Virus record (IMG/VR): IMGVR_UViG_3300027653_000034 | Location: 1 to 37,427 of that record | Reading direction: 5' to 3' (one strand) | Length of the DNA: 37,427 bases | From: a virus | Lineage: Duplodnaviria; Caudoviricetes | Shown: positions 8,785-17,644 of the stretch, piece by piece | Layout: each line of letters opens with the position of its first letter | Numbering within the stretch: the stretch's first letter is position 1 | Notes under the pieces: generated by a model | The model's database searches: none | The model's input: only the letters and a program-made list of their open reading frames with translations | What the model was told of the DNA's origin: nothing | Program-made: the position numbers and the translations under genes

Positions 8785-9207
8785 ATGAGGGAATTCGACA
8801 TTCAGCTGCTGCGGCTTAAAAAAGTGCTTGGTGTAACGGAGGATCAGCAGGTGGCGCAGTTTTTAGGTATGACCAAACATGCTTTTTCTGATCGAAAGAG
8901 AAGGGGGGCATTTCCAATGGACAAGGTATTAGCGCTCAAGGCTACGCGGCCGGACCTGGCTATCGATGATGTTTACATTCGGACTGGGCGGGATGCCCAG
9001 GCTGACGCGGACGATAGTGAGCGTAGAGCTCAAACCTATACCGAGGTGCAGGAATATGGCGAACTGATGCTGGAGAGGTTTAAGCGCGAGCTTCGCTCAA
9101 TCTCTCCAGAGGAGGAGTTGTTACGCTTATACCGCGAGGCGACAGAGGAAGGAATGCTGGCTATATTGAACACAGCAAGGGCGGTTCGAAAAAAGAAAGG
9201 AGAGTGA
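8785..9207 (+). CDS. Phage repressor (CI-like HTH)
   Basis: RLKKVLGVTEDQQVAQFLGMTKHAFSDRKRRGAFP...YIRTG; divergent from the ner-like gene. Confidence 0.82.
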   Translation: MREFDIQLLRLKKVLGVTEDQQVAQFLGMTKHAFSDRKRRGAFPMDKVLALKATRPDLAIDDVYIRTGRDAQADADDSERRAQTYTEVQEYGELMLERFKRELRSISPEEELLRLYREATEEGMLAILNTARAVRKKKGE

Positions 9208-9208
9208 G

Positions 9209-9580
9209 ATGGGGTATGCTCTATGTTGGGTGGCATTTGCCACGCTTGCCGCGATTATTGCGAGCGCAAAAAACCGTAACGGGTGGGCTTGGTTCTTTGT
9301 GGGCTTGATCTTTGGTCTTTTTTCGTTGATCGCTGCCGCTTGTGTGGGCAAGCTCGATGCCCGAGGGCAACCGATAGGCTCTGACGAGATCAATTGTCCG
9401 TTTTGCGCTGAACCGATTAGGTTGCAGGCTGTGCTCTGCAAGCATTGCCGGTCAGATATTCCACCGAGAGCCGCAGAAGAGGGGCCGGAGACCGCCGGAG
9501 CTGGAGAAGGTGCCCGCGCGATTATGTTTGTGCTTGGCGCTCTGGTTTTAACTGGTCTGATGGTTGTTGTTTTTTCGTAA
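9209..9580 (+). CDS. Membrane protein with zinc ribbon (moron-like)
   Basis: Two N-terminal and one C-terminal hydrophobic segments; CPFCAE...CKHC. Confidence 0.78.
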   Translation: MGYALCWVAFATLAAIIASAKNRNGWAWFFVGLIFGLFSLIAAACVGKLDARGQPIGSDEINCPFCAEPIRLQAVLCKHCRSDIPPRAAEEGPETAGAGEGARAIMFVLGALVLTGLMVVVFS

Positions 9581-9618
9581 CACTGATGAGTACCGATAAT
9601 TAACGCTAGGAGAAGGAC

Positions 9619-10056
9619 ATGCTCAAAACAATAATAATTTCTCTAACTCTGCTTACCGTCACAGCCTGCACCGCCGTTGATGTTCGGCCAATACCCGCCT
9701 CGGCACAAATGGACAGGGTGTGCATTGTTGATAACCCAAGGGTGACGATACAGAGTTTCGTCCCGGTGCTGATTGATGGCTTTGCCCGGCATGGTATCGC
9801 TGCTGATGTGGTCAGCAGCTCGCGCGCGGCTGGCTGTGACTACACGCTGACCTACACCGCGCTGCGCTCATGGGATGTAAGCACGTATTTGTCGCACGCC
9901 GAGCTGCGAATCAATCAGCACGGGCGGCAGGTGGGTTACGCAGAATATCATTTGAGGGGCAAGGGCGGATTATCGCTCAACAAGTGGGGCAGCGTTAAAT
10001 CCAAGATGGACCCGGTTATTGATGAGTTGCTGGCGGCTTACAAGCTGCCGGACTAA
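9619..10056 (+). CDS. Lipoprotein (Sbal_3080-like), moron-like
   Basis: Signal peptide with lipobox VTA-C; AGGAG RBS; YTALRSWD...YLSHAEL. Confidence 0.8.
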   Translation: MLKTIIISLTLLTVTACTAVDVRPIPASAQMDRVCIVDNPRVTIQSFVPVLIDGFARHGIAADVVSSSRAAGCDYTLTYTALRSWDVSTYLSHAELRINQHGRQVGYAEYHLRGKGGLSLNKWGSVKSKMDPVIDELLAAYKLPD

Positions 10057-10351
10057 GTAGTGTGTCCACAAGCTCCTTGTGCTCCTCCAGCGACAAAGGG
10101 CAGTCAACTGCTGTTGTGATTAGGTTGCGCATTGCTGCAGATTTTCTTGGCTCTAGCGCCATATCCAGAGAGTAAAAGACTTTCGCCATCGCTTTGGGTG
10201 AGGCGCCCCGGCAGCCAGGGTTGACCCCACCCTTTAGGGTGAACCAGATCGTTACACACGGTACCAAATTAACGCACAGCCGCCGGTTGTAGCGCGACCA
10301 GTGCGCCCCTACCCATAAGCTGCCTGGCCGAAACAACACTCCGCATTTCAT
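10016..10351 (-). CDS. Hypothetical protein
   Basis: ATG 10351 with GGAGGT RBS; LWVGAHWSRYNRRLCVNLVPCVTIW motif; preceded by the late-box promoter. Confidence 0.6.
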   Translation of the reverse strand: MKCGVLFRPGSLWVGAHWSRYNRRLCVNLVPCVTIWFTLKGGVNPGCRGASPKAMAKVFYSLDMALEPRKSAAMRNLITTAVDCPLSLEEHKELVDTLLSPAACKPPATHQ

Positions 10352-10402
10352 ACACACCTCCCGTATCAAAACTCCATCTTCGCGCGCGCGCGAGGCGATG
10401 TA

Positions 10403-10448
10403 TTTTGCCCCCGGTCAAAATACAAATGCTCCCCTCTCCCGGTACTCT
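10403..10448 (+). promoter_or_regulatory. Late promoter (Plys-like): activator box plus -10
   Basis: TTTTGCCCCCGGTCAAAA then 22 bp then TACTCT, upstream of the holin. Confidence 0.7.
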
Positions 10449-10486
10449 GAAACTCACTGCAATCATTACTGAGCTTCGGAGGCACC

Positions 10487-10810
10487 ATGTACGGCTACCC
10501 CGGTTTATCCCAACTTCCACGGCCGCGCTTGCTCGGCTGGTCCATTACCACCGCGCTGCTGATGCTGGTTATCTGGCTGGTTGCTCCGCACCAAATGCCC
10601 GTAATCGCGTACAAAGCGGCGCTAGTTTGCTTTGGTGGTGTGCTCGGTTACTGGATTGACCGGGCATTATTCCCCTACGCCCGGCCTCACAAGCTCGCCC
10701 ATACCGACCCAACGTTTGACCGCAACGCACACTGGGCGCGCTCACTGGCCATGCTGCGCCGTGCAGTGATTGTGCTGGCCTGCATTCTGGGCTTAACGCT
10801 GGGGCTGTAG
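10487..10810 (+). CDS. Putative holin
   Basis: 107 aa, 3 hydrophobic segments, LGYWIDRALFPYARP...RRAVIV motif; precedes the endolysin. Confidence 0.85.
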   Translation: MYGYPGLSQLPRPRLLGWSITTALLMLVIWLVAPHQMPVIAYKAALVCFGGVLGYWIDRALFPYARPHKLAHTDPTFDRNAHWARSLAMLRRAVIVLACILGLTLGL

Positions 10811-10812
10811 TT

Positions 10813-11487
10813 ATGAAATATGTTAAGGAATTCATAGCCGCTCTGCTGCCACAACTACTGCTGCTCACAGTATGTCTGCTGGTCATTTTTGTTACCCAGT
10901 GCACGCCGGCCTACGCCGGTACGATTCCGAGCGCCGCCGAGCGCCACAGGAACACCTTGGTGCGCGCGGCGCACTGGGGCTTTGGTATGGATGCCCCCAT
11001 TTCTACGATGGCCGCACAGGTGCATCAGGAAAGCCGCTGGCAAACCGATGCGCGCAGCCCGGTTGGTGCCCAGGGCCTTGCGCAATTTATGCCCGCAACG
11101 GCGCAGTGGATGCCCGAGGTTGACCGCAGCCTTAGCAACCCGGACCCGTACAACCCCGGCTGGGCGCTGCGAGCCATGGTGCGCTACAACGTGTGGCTGT
11201 TAGAACGAGTCCAGGCCGAAAGCCCCTGCGAGAGTTGGGCAATGGCGCTGAGTGCCTACAACGGCGGCCTCAGTTGGGTTAATCGCGACCGAGCGCTGGC
11301 GCTGGCTTCTGGGGCCAGTGGGCTAGCCTGGTTTGACCACATAGAGCAACACAACGCCGGGCGCAGTGCCGCAAACTTTCATGAGAACCGGCAGTACGTG
11401 CGCGTTGTGTTGTTCACATTTGAGCCGTTGTACCACCGGCACGGCTGGGGCCCCGGTGTATGTATCGGGAGATCCGAACAATGGTAA
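10813..11487 (+). CDS. Endolysin, SLT lytic transglycosylase
   Basis: QVHQES, GAQGLAQFMP and AYNGG motifs; N-terminal hydrophobic anchor. Confidence 0.9.
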   Translation: MKYVKEFIAALLPQLLLLTVCLLVIFVTQCTPAYAGTIPSAAERHRNTLVRAAHWGFGMDAPISTMAAQVHQESRWQTDARSPVGAQGLAQFMPATAQWMPEVDRSLSNPDPYNPGWALRAMVRYNVWLLERVQAESPCESWAMALSAYNGGLSWVNRDRALALASGASGLAWFDHIEQHNAGRSAANFHENRQYVRVVLFTFEPLYHRHGWGPGVCIGRSEQW

Positions 11488-11897
11488 CCCGCGCGAAGCT
11501 AATACTGCTTGTGCTGTCAGTGGGCGCTCTGTCAGCCAGCCACTGGGCAATGTGGCAGTGGGGCCAAGCGAAGGGTGTGAGCACCGAAGCGGCCGCGTGC
11601 GCAACCGTGCAAATTGCCGGCCTTAGCTCAGCGCTGCAAGACATCCGCCAGGCCGCCGACGAGGCCAACACCGCCAGCCTGGCCATAGGGCGGCAAATCA
11701 GCGCCCGACAGCAGGCCGACGACAAAGCGACCCAGGAGCTACGTGATGCATTACATAGTACCGCGGCTGAGCGTGTTGATTGTGTGTTTGATGATGGCGT
11801 CATGCGCGCACTCGCCGCCGCCCGTAATCGTGCCAATGCGGCCGCCGCCAGCGGCGTTGACAGTGCAGTGCCCGCCGCTGCCGGAGATACCCGATAA
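11481..11897 (+). CDS. Rz-like inner-membrane spanin
   Basis: N-terminal TM plus Ala-rich coiled coil after the endolysin. Confidence 0.7.
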   Translation: MVTRAKLILLVLSVGALSASHWAMWQWGQAKGVSTEAAACATVQIAGLSSALQDIRQAADEANTASLAIGRQISARQQADDKATQELRDALHSTAAERVDCVFDDGVMRALAAARNRANAAAASGVDSAVPAAAGDTR

Positions 11898-12015
11898 CCG
11901 CTGCGACAGTTGTGCGCTGGAGCTGAAACAGGTGTACGACCAATACGGCATTTGTGCCGCCCGGCTGGTAGAGCTGGTCGAGTGGGTGCACCAGGCGCAG
12001 GAGCAACCGCCATGA
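11746..12015 (+). CDS. Rz1-like outer-membrane lipoprotein spanin
   Basis: Overlaps Rz in another frame; lipobox MAS-C; Pro-rich with Cys residues. Confidence 0.7.
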   Translation: MHYIVPRLSVLIVCLMMASCAHSPPPVIVPMRPPPAALTVQCPPLPEIPDNRCDSCALELKQVYDQYGICAARLVELVEWVHQAQEQPP

Positions 12016-12200
12016 GAGTGTTGTTGATAGAGCAATGCAGCGACCCGCAGTTGTGGTACGCGGGCCTGGTTGGGCACACCGTGCCCATGTTGCAGGTAAT
12101 CAACGAGGGATATCTGAGCAGGGAGCCAGCCGGGTATTTAAATATAGTGCGGCGGGAGGATGGCCGAATCATAAACGACGATAAAAATTATGGATGCTAA
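12012..12200 (+). CDS. Hypothetical protein
   Basis: ATGA coupling with the upstream gene, GGAG RBS; 62 aa. Confidence 0.6.
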   Translation: MRVLLIEQCSDPQLWYAGLVGHTVPMLQVINEGYLSREPAGYLNIVRREDGRIINDDKNYGC

Positions 12201-12492
12201 CGAACTCAGATTCAGCTTCGCCTTCCTGCAATGGTTGGTTACTGCGGCGGTGGGCATTTACGCCTGGCACATAGGCCGGCAAAGCGCCAGAGTGAAAGAG
12301 ACGAATGAGCTGCGCGAGAGGTTAATTGCCCTTGAGGGGCAGATGAAAGAGGTGCCCAGCCAGGTTGCCATGGGCCAAGTGGCGGCGCGACTGGAACGGC
12401 TCGACGCCGAGTTAGGCAGTAACAACCGCGAGCTGAAAGCGATTAACGCCAGCCTGAACCGAATCAATGATTATTTGCTGAACAGCAAGTGA
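12190..12492 (+). CDS. DUF2730 / Mu gp25-like membrane-anchored coiled-coil protein
   Basis: N-terminal TM plus coiled coil; synteny. Confidence 0.75.
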   Translation: MDANELRFSFAFLQWLVTAAVGIYAWHIGRQSARVKETNELRERLIALEGQMKEVPSQVAMGQVAARLERLDAELGSNNRELKAINASLNRINDYLLNSK

Positions 12493-12499
12493 GGTACCA

Positions 12500-12796
12500 A
12501 TGACCAAGTTTGCCGACTACCTGCGCGAAGACCAGCGGCTTGTTATTTTGCGGGTGCTGGTGGATATGCCCAGCTACCGCTCCAACAGCAGCATTCTGTA
12601 CAGCGTGCTCGACCAATTTGGCCACTCCCCGAGCCGCGATCAGGTGAAAAGCGAAATCACCTGGCTGGCTGAGCAAGGCTTGGTGGAGGTTGAAAACATC
12701 AGCGAGGTGCTAATTGCCACTCTCACCGCACGCGGGCAAGACGTGGCCCGCGGCCGCGTGATTGTGCCGGGCGTAAAGCGCCCAGGAGCACATTGA
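12500..12796 (+). CDS. Mu gp26-like winged-helix protein
   Basis: EDQRLVILRVL...SRDQV...WLAEQGLV...GQDVARG...PGVKRP. Confidence 0.82.
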   Translation: MTKFADYLREDQRLVILRVLVDMPSYRSNSSILYSVLDQFGHSPSRDQVKSEITWLAEQGLVEVENISEVLIATLTARGQDVARGRVIVPGVKRPGAH

Positions 12797-12797
12797 T

Positions 12798-13343
12798 ATG
12801 GGCCGCAAAAGTACAGTGGATAAACTGGACCCAGCGGTGCGCAAGCACATCGAGCGGCGGCTGCGGGAGAACCGGCTAACGCTGGATGAGCTGATTGAAG
12901 ACCTGCAGGGCACGTTCCCGAGCGCGGAGCACCCGAGCCGCAGTGCGCTGGGCCGGTATCGGCAAAATTTTGAGGTGATGATGCAGTCGATGCGCGAGCA
13001 AGAAACCATGGCGCGCATCCTGGTGGAAGAGCTGGGCGAGAACCCGGACGATAAAGCCGGCGGGCTGATGGTGCAGAGCTTGACCACGCTGGTTAACCGC
13101 GCTGTATTCCAAGCGCAAAGCGATGACGATGTGGACATTGAAGAGGTACGAAAGCTCGCTCGCGCAGCGAAGGATGCGATACAGGCACGAAGGGCGAGCC
13201 TGGACGAGCGCCAACAGATTAAGAAGATTGCCCGCGAAGAACTGCTGGCCGAGCAGAAAGAAAAGCTTGCAGCGATGCCGGTGAAAGGTGGCGTTACAGA
13301 AGATACTAAGGTCGCGATTCGTGAAGCCCTGGGGATTGTGTGA
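12798..13343 (+). CDS. DUF3486 / Mu gp27-like terminase small subunit
   Basis: MGRKSTVDKL...SRSALGRY motif; precedes the large terminase. Confidence 0.85.
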   Translation: MGRKSTVDKLDPAVRKHIERRLRENRLTLDELIEDLQGTFPSAEHPSRSALGRYRQNFEVMMQSMREQETMARILVEELGENPDDKAGGLMVQSLTTLVNRAVFQAQSDDDVDIEEVRKLARAAKDAIQARRASLDERQQIKKIAREELLAEQKEKLAAMPVKGGVTEDTKVAIREALGIV

Positions 13344-14779
13344 TGGTGCTAAAACCGAAAGGTAACGCAAAGTGCCTGCCGGCGGACCGCGATGCGATTT
13401 TCCTGCCGTTCCAGTCACGCTGGATCACGGATACCTCCCGCCTGAAGTTGATGGAGAAATCGCGCCAGATCGGGTTGTCATGGTCCAGTGCCTATGCCTG
13501 TAACGAGCGTACTGCAATGCAGGGCGCACGGCACGACCAGTGGGTGAGCAGCCGGGATGACCTGCAGGCCCGACTGTTTATTGAGGACTGCAAGCACTGG
13601 GCAAAGATCATGAATATGGCCGCGCAGGACTTGGGTGAAGTGATGCTGGATGAGAAGGACCGCATCAGCGCCTATGTTCTACAGTTCGCTAGTGGTAAGC
13701 GAATCCACAGTATGAGCAGCAACCCGGACGCCCAGGCGGGAAAACGCGGCGGCCGTGTGCTGGATGAGTTTGCGCTGCACCCGGACCCGCGCAAGCTGTG
13801 GAGCATTGCGTACCCCGGTATCACCTGGGGCGGCAGCATGGAGGTAATCAGCACCCACCGGGGCAGTTATAACTTTTTTAATCAGCTGGTGCGCGAAGTG
13901 CGCGAAAACGGCAACCCCAAAAACATCAGCTTGCACCGCGTCACGCTGCAGGACGCTTTGGACCAGGGGTTTCTTTACAAACTACAACAGATGCTGCCCG
14001 CCGGGCATGAAGTGCTGGATATGGACGAGGCTGCGTACTTTGATTTTGTGCGCAGCGGCTGTGCCGATGAGGAGAGCTTTCAGCAGGAGTATATGTGCAA
14101 CCCGGCCGACGATGATGTCGCGTTTTTGGAATACGACTTGATTGCCGCATCAGAATACCCCGCGAGCGTGGACTGGGGCACGATTGAGGGTGGTCGCCTG
14201 TATGCTGGCGTCGACATCGGGCGCAAGAAGGACTTGACCGTGCTGTGGGTTGTTGAGGAGCTGGGTGATGTGCTTTACACCCGCCATATAGAGCGGCTGC
14301 AAAATATGCGCAAGTCGGACCAGGAGAAAATTATCTGGCCATGGCTGGAGCGGTGCGACCGCTCCTGTATAGATGCGACGGGTTTAGGCATAGGTTGGGC
14401 GGACGATGCCCAAGACGCGTTTGGTGAGAGCCGGGTTGAGGCCGTGACGTTCACGCCCAAGGTAAAAGAATCCCTGGCTTACCCGCTGCGCGGCATGATG
14501 GAAGACCGAAAAATAAGAATACCTCATGACCCGGTTATTCGTGCGGATCTGCGGCAAGTGACCAAGCAGGTGACGGCCGCAGGCAATATACGATTCACTG
14601 CCGAGCGCACTGTTGACGGACACGCGGACCACTTCTGGGCTCTGGGCCTTGCCGTACAGGCCGCTTCGCAACCGGCTGTTGTGATTGATTACCAGAGCAC
14701 CGGCCCACGGAAAAACCGAATTGACTTTGATGCAGCGTTGGGGGCGAGCGATGGCCGCACCCGGTTTGGAGGTTTTTGA
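13343..14779 (+). CDS. Terminase large subunit (Mu gp28-like)
   Basis: KSRQIGLSW, VLDEFA, ISTH, GVDIGRKKD, IDATGLG, HADHFWA. Confidence 0.93.
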   Translation: MVLKPKGNAKCLPADRDAIFLPFQSRWITDTSRLKLMEKSRQIGLSWSSAYACNERTAMQGARHDQWVSSRDDLQARLFIEDCKHWAKIMNMAAQDLGEVMLDEKDRISAYVLQFASGKRIHSMSSNPDAQAGKRGGRVLDEFALHPDPRKLWSIAYPGITWGGSMEVISTHRGSYNFFNQLVREVRENGNPKNISLHRVTLQDALDQGFLYKLQQMLPAGHEVLDMDEAAYFDFVRSGCADEESFQQEYMCNPADDDVAFLEYDLIAASEYPASVDWGTIEGGRLYAGVDIGRKKDLTVLWVVEELGDVLYTRHIERLQNMRKSDQEKIIWPWLERCDRSCIDATGLGIGWADDAQDAFGESRVEAVTFTPKVKESLAYPLRGMMEDRKIRIPHDPVIRADLRQVTKQVTAAGNIRFTAERTVDGHADHFWALGLAVQAASQPAVVIDYQSTGPRKNRIDFDAALGASDGRTRFGGF

Positions 14780-16317
14780 TGGACTTTGAGCACAATAAAT
14801 CGGGCCTGCTGGTGCCGGTCAGCTTTGCCGCCAAGAGCACCAGCCGAGGCCGCCCCGAAATGCGCGAGGTGGCCACCACCCGTGACGGGCGCGACATTAC
14901 CCGGGGCTATGTGGACCCGATGCTGATTCAGCCCCCGACCGACAGCGTGCTGCGCATACGGGGCAATGGCGATTACCAGGTGTATTCCGAAGTGCTGCGC
15001 GATGATCAAGTGGCCAGTTCGTTCGGGCAGCGGCGCCTGGCGCTGGTGGGCAAAGAGTGGGCGGTGGACCCAGGCGGTGAAAGCAAAGCCGACAAAGCCG
15101 CTGCGGAGCATCTGGAAGAGATGCTGCAGGCGCTGGGCTGGGACCGGGTGACCGACAAGATGATGTACGGCGTGTACTACGGCTTTGCCGTGGCAGAAGT
15201 GATGTGGGCCCGCGATGGTAAGCACATCACGATAGACGACATTAAAGTGCGAGACCGGCGCCGCTTTGGTTTTGACGGTGAGGCCCGGCTGCGCATGAAA
15301 ACCCAGGGCAACCCCCAAGGGGAATTGTTGCCAGATCGGAAGTTTTGGAGTTTTCAGACCGGGGCTGACCACGACGATGAACCCTACGGAATTGGTTTGG
15401 GGCATTGGTTGTATTGGCCGGTGTTTTTTAAGCGCGCTGGCATGCGTTACTGGATGACGTTTTTGGAGCGCTTTGGTCAGCCCACCAGTAAGGGCACATA
15501 CCCCAAAAACGCAACCCCGAACGAACGGCAAAAACTGCTGGATGCGCTGGAGGCCATTAACACCGACTCGGGCATAGCCGTGCCCGACGGTATGGAAATC
15601 GGCTTGCTGGAAGCGGCGCGCAGCGGAACGGCGGATTACTCAAAGCTGTACGAATACATGGACCGCGCAATTGCAAAGATGACACTGGGGCAGACGGCCA
15701 GCTCCGAGGGCTCCCCCGGCCGCCTGGGCAATGATGACCTGCAGGGCGATGTGCGTACCGACTTAATCAAAGCCGACGGCGATCTGATTTGCGAAAGCTT
15801 TAACCGCTCAGTGGTGCGCTGGCTGACCGGCTGGAATTACCCCAATGCCAAACCGCCGCGAGTGTACCGGAAGGTGGAGCCGGAGGAAGATGCAGCCAAA
15901 GCAGCCGAGCGTGACCGGACCATTTGCGACATGGGTTTTCGGCCTACTCTAAAACACATCCAGGATAACTACGGCGGCGACTGGATAGAGAAGGCCGTGG
16001 AGGAGCCTGTACCGCACTCAGCTGCTGACCGCAACGATAATGATGCGGCCAGCTTTGCCGAGCCGGATACCCGGCAACCTCAAACATTAAGCCAGCAGTT
16101 GGACAACCAACTGCAGCGGCAGGCCGACGGCTGGATTAACCAAATTCGCGCGCTGGTGAACAGCGCCGAAAGCCTGGACGAGGTGCGCGATGGGCTCACC
16201 GCGTTGCTGCCGGATATGAACCTGGCGCAGTACGCCAACCTAATGGCCGAGGCGCTGCGCGTGGCCGAACTGGCCGGTCGCGATGATCTGATGAATGAGG
16301 TGGCCCGTGCCCGTTAG
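14779..16317 (+). CDS. Portal protein (DUF935, Mu gp29-like)
   Basis: YGFAVAEVMW, NPY-like EPYGIGL, FLERFGQP, IAKMTLGQT motifs. Confidence 0.9.
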   Translation: MDFEHNKSGLLVPVSFAAKSTSRGRPEMREVATTRDGRDITRGYVDPMLIQPPTDSVLRIRGNGDYQVYSEVLRDDQVASSFGQRRLALVGKEWAVDPGGESKADKAAAEHLEEMLQALGWDRVTDKMMYGVYYGFAVAEVMWARDGKHITIDDIKVRDRRRFGFDGEARLRMKTQGNPQGELLPDRKFWSFQTGADHDDEPYGIGLGHWLYWPVFFKRAGMRYWMTFLERFGQPTSKGTYPKNATPNERQKLLDALEAINTDSGIAVPDGMEIGLLEAARSGTADYSKLYEYMDRAIAKMTLGQTASSEGSPGRLGNDDLQGDVRTDLIKADGDLICESFNRSVVRWLTGWNYPNAKPPRVYRKVEPEEDAAKAAERDRTICDMGFRPTLKHIQDNYGGDWIEKAVEEPVPHSAADRNDNDAASFAEPDTRQPQTLSQQLDNQLQRQADGWINQIRALVNSAESLDEVRDGLTALLPDMNLAQYANLMAEALRVAELAGRDDLMNEVARAR

Positions 16318-17548
16318 TGCTGTTGACCTGCCGTTTCGTGAGCAGGCCGAATTCTTCCGGCGCAAGCTCAACCTGCCCACTGAGGCGTGGACGGATATCT
16401 ACAGCCGCGAGCACGATTGGGCGTTTGTCGTTGCCGGGGCAAACCGCGATGCGCTGGTCAGCGACTTTCGCACAGCGGTGGAAAAGGTTGTCGCCAATGG
16501 TGGAACGCTGCAGGACTTTCGGCGCGACTTTGACGAGATAGTCACGCGCCACGGGTGGAGCTACAACGGCGGGCGCAACTGGCGCAGCCGGGTGATTTAC
16601 GAAACTAACCTGAACAGCAGCTATATGGCCGGCCGCTACCAGCAGCTGCTGGCCGTGCGTGAGGATCGGCCCTACTGGCAATACCTGCACAGCGACGCGG
16701 TGGAGCAACCACGCCCGCACCATGAAGCGTGGCACGGCATGATACTGCGGTGGGATGACCCCTGGTGGCAACACCACTTCCCGCCCGGTGGCTGGGGTTG
16801 CCAGTGCCGTGTGATTGCGCTGAGCGAGGCCGACCTGGTGCGCATGGGCCGCACGGTAGACACAGCCCCGCCGATTGAGTGGGAGGACCGGGAAATTGGC
16901 CAGCGCAGCCCCGGCGGCCCGCGCACCGTGCGTGTACCGCAAGGCATTGACCCCGGCTTTGAGCGCATACCCGGCCGCTCACGACTGGACAGTGCTGTAC
17001 CGCCGGAGCGGCCCACGCCCCTGATACGCGGCAGTGCCGGCGGCCCAGGGGTGCCGAACCTGCGCCCGCTGGATGCACTACCGCCGCCACGGGTTTCCCC
17101 CGTTGGGCTATTGCCAGACGGTTTGAGCGGCGAGGAGTACGCGGAGATTTTTCTCAATGAATTCGGCGCGACGCTCCAGCAGCCTGGCACGTTTACCGAT
17201 GCGATTGGTGAGCGCCTGGTGATTGGCCGCGAGCTGTTCACCACCCGGCGCACTGGCGAGTTGAAAGCCGACAAGGCCGGGCGCGGTAAATACATGCGGA
17301 TATTGGCGCAGGCGTTGCGCGAACCCGACGAAATTTACGCGAGAATGGAATGGCACGAAGCCCAGAGCAAAGCGGTGGTGCGCCGCCGGTACGTGACCCA
17401 GTTACTGCTGCCCGACGGCGACGAGACTGCGCTGGCGGTATTTGAGCTGGGGCCGGACGGCTGGACGGGCGTAACAACCTTTAGCCCCAGGGATATGGAC
17501 ATTAACGATTTGCGTGTTGGCGTGAGGCTGTACAGGCGGGAAGATTAA
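16307..17548 (+). CDS. MuF (gp30-like) minor head protein with C-terminal putative PBECR2-type nuclease domain
   Basis: AFVVAGA, IYETN, PRPHH..WHG, PPGGWGCQCRV in the MuF domain; Pro-rich linker; C-terminal EPDEIY...RRRYV...WTGVTTF; GTG 16307 with GAGG RBS. Confidence 0.85.
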   Translation: MPVSAVDLPFREQAEFFRRKLNLPTEAWTDIYSREHDWAFVVAGANRDALVSDFRTAVEKVVANGGTLQDFRRDFDEIVTRHGWSYNGGRNWRSRVIYETNLNSSYMAGRYQQLLAVREDRPYWQYLHSDAVEQPRPHHEAWHGMILRWDDPWWQHHFPPGGWGCQCRVIALSEADLVRMGRTVDTAPPIEWEDREIGQRSPGGPRTVRVPQGIDPGFERIPGRSRLDSAVPPERPTPLIRGSAGGPGVPNLRPLDALPPPRVSPVGLLPDGLSGEEYAEIFLNEFGATLQQPGTFTDAIGERLVIGRELFTTRRTGELKADKAGRGKYMRILAQALREPDEIYARMEWHEAQSKAVVRRRYVTQLLLPDGDETALAVFELGPDGWTGVTTFSPRDMDINDLRVGVRLYRRED

Positions 17549-17622
17549 AAGACCGCAGGCCGGCTCCTGCGGCACCACCGATGTTGGTTGTTCACAATGC
17601 CGGGAACTGCCCATCGGTGGCT
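17545..17622 (-). ncRNA. Predicted small structured RNA between MuF and gpG
   Basis: Own promoter TTGCAC(17657-17652)-17 bp-TATACT(17634-17629); 9-bp stem CCACCGATG/CATCGGTGG; terminator CCGCAGG-N6-CCTGCGG-TCTTTT. Confidence 0.6.
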
Positions 17623-17644
17623 AACAACAGTATAGGAGCCTGAC

